Source of the DNA: an uncultured Candidatus Saccharibacteria bacterium
Lineage (GTDB): Bacteria; Patescibacteriota; Minisyncoccia; UBA6257; UBA11618
DNA length: 64,000 nt
Assembly (NCBI GenBank): GCA_964363475.1
Contig: CAYIII010000002.1
Location: 6,661-70,660, forward strand
Direction of reading: 5' to 3'
The position numbers were made by a program, and so were the translations under genes. This document shows, piece by piece, positions 57,126 through 64,000 of the stretch. Every line of letters starts with the position of its first letter. Position 1 is the first letter of the stretch. The notes beneath the pieces are model-generated. The model was not told the DNA's origin and ran no database searches. It worked only from the letters and a program-made list of their open reading frames with translations.

Positions 57126-58282
57126 AGATTGCTTATATAATTAACGCCAGATTACCAACGGAAAAAGCGCATGGTTACCAAATTGTAAAAATGTGCGAAG
57201 CCTTCGCTATTCAAGGCGCTGATGTTTTATTGTGCCATCCGTTTCGCTTTCAAAATAAAGATTTACAAAATATGAATGTATTTGATTTTTACAAAGTTAA
57301 AAAAAACTTTAAAGTTATAACCACAGCGAATCTAGATTTGCTTCCGTTATCAGATAATAAAATATTATTTATTTTACAAACATTGCTTTGGGGAGCTTTT
57401 GCTGTATTTAAATTAAGAAAAGAAGAAATTGATATTTACTATACAAGAGACGCTTTAACAGTGTTTTGGATGTCAATTTTTGGTTTCCCGATTGTTTACG
57501 AAGAACATGTAATTCATAGTGGAGCAGGACAATTTTTATTAAGAATGGTTTCTCAAAAATCTTCCCTTAAATTAGTTGTAGTTTTAACAAATTTTATAAA
57601 AGATAATTTTATTAAGCTTGGATTTTCTCCAAATAAAGTAATTGTTGCCTCTGATGGTGTAGATTTGGCAATGTTTAAAAATTTGCCAGATAAAATTAAT
57701 TGCAGAAAGAAATTAGAATTGCCGGAATTTGTATTTATAGTGGGATATGTGGGCAGATTTAAGGTTTTTGGCAATCAAGAAAAAGGAATTCCCCAGCTAA
57801 TAGAAGCGATATCTATATTAAAAAATAAAAATATTTTATTACTATTGGTTGGCGGGCCACAAAACGCCGTAAATGATTATCTAAATTTAGCCAAAAAATT
57901 AAATGTCCGAAATATAAAAATTGTTAATCAAGTTCCGGTGTCAGAAGTCCCCTACTGGATGAGAGCTTGTGATGCGGTCACTATTCCGTGGACATGGACT
58001 AAATTTTCTGCTTATTACACTTCTCCGCTTAAGCTTTTTGAATACATGGCATCTAAAACGCCGATCATTGCCAGTAATTTACCATCATTAAGAGAAATTC
58101 TTAATGAGAAAAATTCAATTTTGGTTAAGCCGGGAGATTCTATGGATTTAGCCGATGGAATTGAAAAAGTTTTAAACAATAAAAATTTAGCCAATCAAAT
58201 ATCAGAACAAGCTTATAGGGATGTGCAAAATTACACTTGGGAAAACAGAGCTAGGAAGATATTATCATTTTTATGCATATAG
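57122..58282 (+). CDS. GT4-like (GT-B) glycosyltransferase
   Basis: 386 aa; C-terminal domain LKLFEYMASKTPIIASNLPS. Confidence 0.65.
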   Translation: MKIAYIINARLPTEKAHGYQIVKMCEAFAIQGADVLLCHPFRFQNKDLQNMNVFDFYKVKKNFKVITTANLDLLPLSDNKILFILQTLLWGAFAVFKLRKEEIDIYYTRDALTVFWMSIFGFPIVYEEHVIHSGAGQFLLRMVSQKSSLKLVVVLTNFIKDNFIKLGFSPNKVIVASDGVDLAMFKNLPDKINCRKKLELPEFVFIVGYVGRFKVFGNQEKGIPQLIEAISILKNKNILLLLVGGPQNAVNDYLNLAKKLNVRNIKIVNQVPVSEVPYWMRACDAVTIPWTWTKFSAYYTSPLKLFEYMASKTPIIASNLPSLREILNEKNSILVKPGDSMDLADGIEKVLNNKNLANQISEQAYRDVQNYTWENRARKILSFLCI

Positions 58283-59400
58283 TGCTTATTAGCAGTACTA
58301 ATGAAAATAATTCCGGCTGGGGCACAATAACACACAACCATTGTCTTGCGCTGTTAAGTAAAAAACAGTCTTTTATATTGCTCCTTCCTAAAAAGGCCAA
58401 AAGAATAGTTACCGCATATTCAAATAATATAGAATATATTTTACCTAACCTGCCTCTTAGTTTTAATTCTATTAAAGGAATTTTACAATTACCTCTTTTA
58501 TATAAAAAAATAAAAATTAATTATCAAAAACCCGCTGTTATCCATTCATTATTAGACTTCCCGTATGCCTTGCTTGGATGGCATATGGCTCGTAGAAATA
58601 AATTACCATTTATTTTTACTGCTCACGGAACATATTCTGTAAAACCTTTTTTTAATTTATTAGACAAAATTTTATTTACACCAGCATATAAAAATGCTAA
58701 TTCAATAATTGCAGTAAGCCAATTTACATCTAAAAATATAACGAAAGTTTCTGCTTATGAGAGGAAAATTAATATTATTAATAATCCCATTGCTTATACA
58801 AAAACAAAGATTCATCAAAATTATAATTTTTTAGGTTTTGCGCCTCCTAACTTTAAAATTATTTTAAGCGTTGGCCCTTTAAAGCCAAGAAAGGGTCACG
58901 AAATATTAATAAAAGCTTTTAACGAAGTTAATAGAATCATCGCTGATTCATGTTTAATTATTATAGGATCTGGTGATAATAATTTTTATAAAAATTTGAT
59001 TGATAATGATAAAAAACATTTAGTTTTTTTTATTCCTCAAGCTTCTTCTGAAGAATTGGCGTTTTGTTTTCAGCATTGCAGTGTTTTTGCAATGCTGCCA
59101 AAATACATTGACCATGAATTTGAGGGTTATGGATTGGTCTACTTAGAAGCCGGTTTATACAAGAAACCGGTTGTCGGCACTTTTTCAGGAGGAGTACCGG
59201 AAGCTGTAATTAATGGAAAAACTGGCATTTTGGTGTCAGAAAATGACGAAAAATCAACAGCGACGGCAATTATCAAAATATTACAAAATAAATATCTGGC
59301 AGAAAGCTTGGGTAATAATGGTTATAAATTGGCCAGGCAAAGAAATTGGGATGATTATATAAATAAAATTATAAAAATTTATGAATCTGTTTGTAGCTAG
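58273..59400 (+). CDS. GT4 glycosyltransferase
   Basis: 375 aa; GYGLVYLEAGLYKKPVVGTFSGGVPE. Confidence 0.75.
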   Translation: MHIVLISSTNENNSGWGTITHNHCLALLSKKQSFILLLPKKAKRIVTAYSNNIEYILPNLPLSFNSIKGILQLPLLYKKIKINYQKPAVIHSLLDFPYALLGWHMARRNKLPFIFTAHGTYSVKPFFNLLDKILFTPAYKNANSIIAVSQFTSKNITKVSAYERKINIINNPIAYTKTKIHQNYNFLGFAPPNFKIILSVGPLKPRKGHEILIKAFNEVNRIIADSCLIIIGSGDNNFYKNLIDNDKKHLVFFIPQASSEELAFCFQHCSVFAMLPKYIDHEFEGYGLVYLEAGLYKKPVVGTFSGGVPEAVINGKTGILVSENDEKSTATAIIKILQNKYLAESLGNNGYKLARQRNWDDYINKIIKIYESVCS

Positions 59401-60760
59401 CTTTCACTTTCTATCTTCAAGGAACTTTTTTACCACTGATGTGTTTAGCGCGCTAAAACAAAATAAAAAAATTAACCTAATAGTATTTGTTCCTAAAAGT
59501 AAATTAGATCTTTTACGAAATAATTATGAACATGAAAATGTCAAATTAGTTGGCATAGACGAACAACTTATTTTAGGCAGAAACTTTTCTAAATTTAAAT
59601 GGTTGAATTTTTTTTTAATCCCGACGCGCGCAGTAAGATTTAGAGCTCAGGAAAAATGGAATAGAGAAAGAACTTTTACGGGTCTTATAGAATTAGGGTT
59701 ATCTTATTTTTTGTCATTATTTTTATCAAAATTTAAGTTTGCAAGAAATATAGTAAGATATTTAGATAAAAAATTTGATAGATCGCCAATGTTGTTAGAA
59801 TATTTTAACAAATATAGACCAGAATATATTCTAGTAACTGACGTTTTTAATAATGCAGACATCTGTTTTCTAAAAGAAGCAGAGGTCAATAATGTGTTTT
59901 CTATGGGATTAGTTCGTTCTTGGGACAACACCACTACAAAGGGATTAATGAGGATAATTACTAATAAATTAATCGTTAACAATGAAATCATAAAAAATGA
60001 GGCCGTAAAATTTCATGATGTAAATCCTAGAGATATTTTTATTAGTGGAATTCCTCAATTTGATATATATTTTCGCAACGCATATAACACGCGTGAAGAG
60101 TTTTTTAAAGAAATTGGAGCCGATATTAATAAAAGATTAATATTATTTGCGCCCGCCGGATCTATTTTGTCAGATACAGATTGGCAGTTATGCCAAATAT
60201 TAAAAGATGGCTTGCGTAAAAAAATATTACCGAGCAACATTCAATTCTTAATTAGAAAACATCCTTTAGGGCATCCAGGGTTTTTAGAAAAATTTATAAC
60301 TGATAAAAATTTTTTAATAGAATGGCCCGGCACAAAACCCGAAAATAGCGACCATCCTAAAATAACAGAATTAATTAATAAGGACCAGAAACATTTAGTT
60401 AATTCTTTACACTATTCTGAAATGATAATTTATGTTAATTCTACGATTGGCATTGACTCTCTACCTTTTAATAAGCCACAGATAATGATTGAGTTTGATG
60501 GATGGGAAAAGAAACGTTATATTGAAAGCGTTAAACATTATCACGACGAGGAGCATATGCAGAAATATTTGCAAACAGGAGCAGTAAAAATAGCGAAAAC
60601 ACCAGAAGAGTTATTGCTTCTAATTAATATTTTCCTTAATAATCCCAAAATAGATGAAGAAAAAAGAAAGACGGCTATTAAAGAACAATTATATTATTCT
60701 GATGACCAATGTGGCAAAAGAGTTGCGAATTTCGTTTTAAAACAAATCAATAATTTATGA
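59381..60760 (+). CDS. GT-B-like transferase, possibly a TagB/TagF-type glycosyl/glycerophosphotransferase
   Basis: 459 aa; C-terminal MIIYVNSTIGIDSLPFNKPQIMIEFD resembles the LITDYSS...kP motif of CDP-glycerol glycerophosphotransferases; assignment is weak. Confidence 0.35.
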   Translation: MNLFVASFHFLSSRNFFTTDVFSALKQNKKINLIVFVPKSKLDLLRNNYEHENVKLVGIDEQLILGRNFSKFKWLNFFLIPTRAVRFRAQEKWNRERTFTGLIELGLSYFLSLFLSKFKFARNIVRYLDKKFDRSPMLLEYFNKYRPEYILVTDVFNNADICFLKEAEVNNVFSMGLVRSWDNTTTKGLMRIITNKLIVNNEIIKNEAVKFHDVNPRDIFISGIPQFDIYFRNAYNTREEFFKEIGADINKRLILFAPAGSILSDTDWQLCQILKDGLRKKILPSNIQFLIRKHPLGHPGFLEKFITDKNFLIEWPGTKPENSDHPKITELINKDQKHLVNSLHYSEMIIYVNSTIGIDSLPFNKPQIMIEFDGWEKKRYIESVKHYHDEEHMQKYLQTGAVKIAKTPEELLLLINIFLNNPKIDEEKRKTAIKEQLYYSDDQCGKRVANFVLKQINNL

Positions 60761-61749
60761 AAAAAAATAAAGTAGCTTTAATAACGGGAATTAATGGACA
60801 AGACGGTTCTTATTTAGCGGAATTATTATTATTAAAGAATTATGAAGTGCACGGCATTATTCGCAGGTCTTCAGTAATAAATACCGGACTCATAAAACAT
60901 ATAATGCCAAAATTATTTTTGCATTACGGCGACTTAATAGACGCCAATACAATAAGAAAATTAGTTTATAAAATCAAACCGAATGAAATCTACAATTTAG
61001 CGGCGCAATCACAAGTAAGAGTAAGTTTTGATATTCCCGAATATACCCTCAACGTTACTGGTTTGGGGCCGACAAGAATATTGGAAGCTATTAAGGATTT
61101 TGAGGACGGTGGCAACGAGAAAATAAAATTTTACCAAGCCAGTTCCAGCGAGATGTTTGGCAATACTTCGCCTCCGCAAAATGAAAAATCTTTATTTTTC
61201 CCGAGAAGCCCGTACGGATGCGCAAAACTCTTGGGTTATCATTCAACTTGTAATTATAGAGACGGATTTAATATTTTTGCGGTAAATGGGATTCTTTTTA
61301 ATCATGAATCCCCTCGTCGCGGCGAAGAATTCGTTACCAGAAAAATAACTTCCGGCGTAGCCAAAATTAAGGCCGGTCTAATGAAAAAAATTTCTTTGGG
61401 TAATTTAAGCGCCAAACGCGACTGGGGTTACGCTCCTGAATATATGGAGGCCGTTTGGTTGATGATGCAACAAGATAAGCCGGATGATTATGTTATTGGT
61501 ACTGGAGAAAGCCACTCAATTGAAGAATTTCTAGATGAATCATTTAAGGCGGTTGGCATTGATAAGTGGAAAAAATATGTTGAAATTAATTCGTCTTATT
61601 TCAGACCGACGGATGTTCATAATTTAGTTGCTGATTATAGTAAAGCCCAAAAAAAACTTGGCTGGTGTCCCAAAGTTAAATTTCATGATTTAGTAAAAAT
61701 TATGGTGGAAGCTGATTTAAAACATATAAAAAATGATAAAACTGGTTAA
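60757..61749 (+). CDS. gmd: GDP-mannose 4,6-dehydratase
   Basis: 330 aa; ALITGINGQDGSYLAELLLLKNYEVHGIIRRSS...LHYGDLID...NLAAQSQV...FNHESPRRG: canonical Gmd motifs. Confidence 0.9.
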   Translation: MKKNKVALITGINGQDGSYLAELLLLKNYEVHGIIRRSSVINTGLIKHIMPKLFLHYGDLIDANTIRKLVYKIKPNEIYNLAAQSQVRVSFDIPEYTLNVTGLGPTRILEAIKDFEDGGNEKIKFYQASSSEMFGNTSPPQNEKSLFFPRSPYGCAKLLGYHSTCNYRDGFNIFAVNGILFNHESPRRGEEFVTRKITSGVAKIKAGLMKKISLGNLSAKRDWGYAPEYMEAVWLMMQQDKPDDYVIGTGESHSIEEFLDESFKAVGIDKWKKYVEINSSYFRPTDVHNLVADYSKAQKKLGWCPKVKFHDLVKIMVEADLKHIKNDKTG

Positions 61750-62899
61750 ATCTACATTTTATAAAGAAAAAGAAACTAAAAAAAAGCTAATTAATTTTAT
61801 CAAGAAATCCGCCATTCTTAGCATGAATAGCGAGTGCCGCAAATTTGAAGATGCATTTGCTGAAAAGCAAGGCAGAAGACATGCGGTTTTTGTTAGTAGT
61901 GGCAGTAGCGCTAATTTAGTTTTAATACAATCACTCCTTAATTTAAATTGGCTTAGAAAGAATTATGTTATTGGCGTATCAGCACTAACCTGGCCAACAA
62001 ATATAATGCCACTTATTCAATTGGGGTTAAAAGTCCTATTCTTAGATTGCGAAATGAAAACTATTAATGTTTCACCGGATATATTTAAAAGAAAAATTAA
62101 AAATTTAGACGGCCTTTTTTTAACTAATGTTTTGGGATTTAGCGATCATATAGAAACAATAGCTAGTTTGTGTAAAAAAAATGATATTATTTTTTTGGAA
62201 GATAATTGTGAATCTTTGGGTTCTAAAGTTAACGGTAAGTTATTAGGTAATTTTGGATTGGCTGCCACCTTTTCTTTCTTTGTCGGTCATCATCTGTCTA
62301 CCATTGAAGGCGGTATGATTGTTACAGATAATTCAGAATTATATCATATGCTTTTAAAGGTTCGGGCGCATGGCTGGGACAGAGATTTGCCAAAAGAAGA
62401 AATGTATAATATCAGATTAGTTCATAATATTAATAATTTTTTTTCTCGTTATACTTTTTATGATTTGGCTTATAATGCTAGACCGACAGAAATAAGCGGT
62501 TTTTTGGGCAATAATCAACTGCGCTACTGGGACGAAATAGTTAATAAACGCTTTAATAATTTCAAAAAGTTTCATGACGCGCAAAGAAAAAATGATGATT
62601 TTATTTTATTAGATATGAATCATATGGATTTGGTATCCAATTTCGCAATGCCAGTTATTTGTAAAAATAAGGATTGTTTTGAGAAATATCAAAAGAGATT
62701 TGAAAAAAATAATGTAGAAATTAGACCTATTATAGCTGGTAATATTATGGAACAACCGTTTTATTTAAAATATAAAGATAAAAATGGCATTAATTGTAAA
62801 AATACCCGACTTATTCATGAAAACGGATTTTACTTTGGCAATAATCCGGAATTAACAACAAAAGAAATTAAATTTTTATGCAATTTGCTCAAAAAATGA
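61733..62899 (+). CDS. DegT/DnrJ/EryC1-family PMP-dependent NDP-4-keto-6-deoxy-sugar 3-dehydratase (ColD/E1-like; His replaces the Schiff-base Lys)
   Basis: 388 aa; at the position of the conserved SF..K....GEGG lysine the sequence reads FSFFVGHHLSTIEGG, as I recall it for the ColD/DdhC dehydratases; adjacent to gmd. Confidence 0.65.
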   Translation: MIKLVKSTFYKEKETKKKLINFIKKSAILSMNSECRKFEDAFAEKQGRRHAVFVSSGSSANLVLIQSLLNLNWLRKNYVIGVSALTWPTNIMPLIQLGLKVLFLDCEMKTINVSPDIFKRKIKNLDGLFLTNVLGFSDHIETIASLCKKNDIIFLEDNCESLGSKVNGKLLGNFGLAATFSFFVGHHLSTIEGGMIVTDNSELYHMLLKVRAHGWDRDLPKEEMYNIRLVHNINNFFSRYTFYDLAYNARPTEISGFLGNNQLRYWDEIVNKRFNNFKKFHDAQRKNDDFILLDMNHMDLVSNFAMPVICKNKDCFEKYQKRFEKNNVEIRPIIAGNIMEQPFYLKYKDKNGINCKNTRLIHENGFYFGNNPELTTKEIKFLCNLLKK

Positions 62900-63840
62900 T
62901 TAATTTGAAAAATAAAAAAATTTTATTGACAGGCGGAGGTGGATTTTTGGGAAATTATGTGTTTGAAGCATTAATAAAGAGGAGGGTCAAGAAAGAAAAT
63001 ATATTTATCCCCCGCTCACAGGAATATGATCTAAGAAAGAGAAGTGTATGTAATCAGGTGGTGCGTAATAAAGATATTATTATACATCTAGCCGCCCTTG
63101 TTGGAGGCATAGGTTTCAACCAAAAAAATCCCGCATCAGTTTTTTATGATAATGCTTCAATGGCGCTTAATTTAATTGATGCCGCTTATAAATCTGGTAT
63201 TGAAAAGTTTGTTGGTATTGGAAGCGTGTGTTCTTATCCTAAATTTTCAAAAATACCATTTGTGGAAACAGACTTGTGGCTTGGTTATCCGGAAGAAACG
63301 AATGCTCCCTATGGTTTAGCTAAAAAAATGATGCTGGTTCAATCACAGGCCTATCATAAGCAGTATGGATTTAATGCTATTCATTTATTAATGATTAATT
63401 TATATGGACCTGGAGATAATTTTGACCCGCAGAGTTCTCATGTTGTGCCAGCTTTAATTAAAAAAATAGTTAATGCTAAAAAAAATAAGTTGCCATTTAT
63501 AGAAATATGGGGAAGCGGTAAAGCTACTAGAGAGTTTTTGTATGTTGAAGATGCGGCGAAGGGAATTATATTGGCCACAGAAAAATATGATAAATCAGAT
63601 CCGGTTAATATTGGATGCAACGCAGAAACTTCTATAAAAGATTTAGTTGGTTTAATTTGTAAAATAATTAAATATAAAGGCGAAGTTCGTTGGGATAAAA
63701 CTAAACCCGACGGACAACCAAGAAGGATGTTAAATGCTGACTTAGCGAAAAAAGAATTCGGGTTTATCAGCAAAACTCAATTAAATAAAGGTTTAAAGAA
63801 AACAATTAATTGGTATATAAAATCTAAATCTCTTGTCTAA
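62878..63840 (+). CDS. GDP-L-fucose synthase / GDP-L-colitose synthase-like (Fcl/ColC family SDR)
   Basis: 320 aa; ILLTGGGGFLG Rossmann, YGLAK (YxxxK); follows gmd and the 3-dehydratase. Confidence 0.7.
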   Translation: MQFAQKMINLKNKKILLTGGGGFLGNYVFEALIKRRVKKENIFIPRSQEYDLRKRSVCNQVVRNKDIIIHLAALVGGIGFNQKNPASVFYDNASMALNLIDAAYKSGIEKFVGIGSVCSYPKFSKIPFVETDLWLGYPEETNAPYGLAKKMMLVQSQAYHKQYGFNAIHLLMINLYGPGDNFDPQSSHVVPALIKKIVNAKKNKLPFIEIWGSGKATREFLYVEDAAKGIILATEKYDKSDPVNIGCNAETSIKDLVGLICKIIKYKGEVRWDKTKPDGQPRRMLNADLAKKEFGFISKTQLNKGLKKTINWYIKSKSLV

Positions 63841-64000
63841 ATATTTTATTTTCTTTTAATAACATTTGTTCCGAACGTAATAATGGAAGAGAGTGATAAT
63901 CATTATTGCCTAAATAGGCTGCCCACCAAGAAAAGGTGGATCCGCCACCTATTATCGATTGAGCATTTTTAAGCATCCAAAAATCAAAAATATAATCTGG
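63823..64000 (-). CDS. Partial CDS (C-terminal fragment): GT11 alpha-1,2-fucosyltransferase-like glycosyltransferase
   Basis: Minus-strand translation ...PDYIFDFWMLKNAQSIIGGGSTFSWWAAYLGNNDYHSL...; (S)TFSWWAAYL is, as I recall it, the C-terminal signature of family GT11 fucosyltransferases. Stop overlaps the end of the Fcl-like gene by about 17 nt. Confidence 0.4.

Noticed and set aside
1-64000. Looked for transposases, integrases, restriction-modification, toxin-antitoxin and cas genes.
   Set aside because: No DDE/serine/tyrosine recombinase motifs, no DNA-methyltransferase motifs (all MTases look like small-molecule or sugar class I enzymes in a glycan context) and no spacer-repeat arrays were seen.

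Overview
This is a 64-kb, AT-rich bacterial window with very tightly packed genes. The gene content resembles a reduced genome of the Patescibacteria/CPR type: N-terminally truncated MurF, no murE, editing-domain-less ThrRS, GatB for the indirect aminoacylation pathway, and nucleotide-salvage hydrolases. I could not confirm this lineage assignment from sequence alone.

The first ~21 kb is housekeeping. It contains:
- a minus-strand dcw fragment (mraZ-rsmH-ftsL-ftsI-murF), a GNAT acetyltransferase and tRNA-Val(CAC);
- rplL-rplJ with a structured leader, an RpoD-like sigma factor, trmD, a KH-domain protein, rpsP, rnc, nusB, and rpmF (too short for the ORF track);
- dnaE, a three-His-box membrane desaturase, thrS, gatB, a class-III aminotransferase, and a DNPH1/Rcl-like-Nudix-DNPH1/Rcl-like triplet.

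From ~21 kb to 24.8 kb there are three secreted cell-surface proteins. Two carry He_PIG/cadherin-like Ig domains with a Pro-rich tandem repeat, and one has a C-terminal peptidoglycan-binding domain.

From 24.8 kb to the window end lies a ~38-kb, almost unidirectional glycan-assembly island. It encodes about 7 GT4 and 6 GT2 glycosyltransferases, four of the GT2s being tandem paralogs whose 5' ends are near-identical at the nucleotide level. It also encodes two polyprenol-phosphate-sugar synthase-like GT2s plus GT-C-type polytopic membrane enzymes, one with a PA14-like insert, and a discoidin-domain protein. There are 5-6 SAM methyltransferases, including a sugar C-methyltransferase, and three nucleotide-sugar modules:
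- a kinase/nucleotidyltransferase/4,6-dehydratase/3,5-epimerase/C-methyltransferase/ThDP-enzyme module, apparently for a branched or C-methylated deoxy sugar;
- a Gmd + ColD-like 3-dehydratase (His in place of the Schiff-base Lys) + Fcl/ColC-like module, apparently for GDP-colitose or GDP-fucose, followed by a GT11-like fucosyltransferase fragment;
- scattered SDR epimerases/reductases.

I found no Wzx, Wzy, Wzm/Wzt or initiating phosphoglycosyltransferase in the window. I found no CRISPR array, transposase or integrase.

The findings most worth a second look are the glycan island and its unusual sugar pathways, a ~370-nt GC-rich nested-hairpin intergenic element of unknown identity, a structured region with a partial tRNA duplication beside tRNA-Val, the DNPH1-Nudix-DNPH1 module, and an uncharacterised paralogous gene pair.
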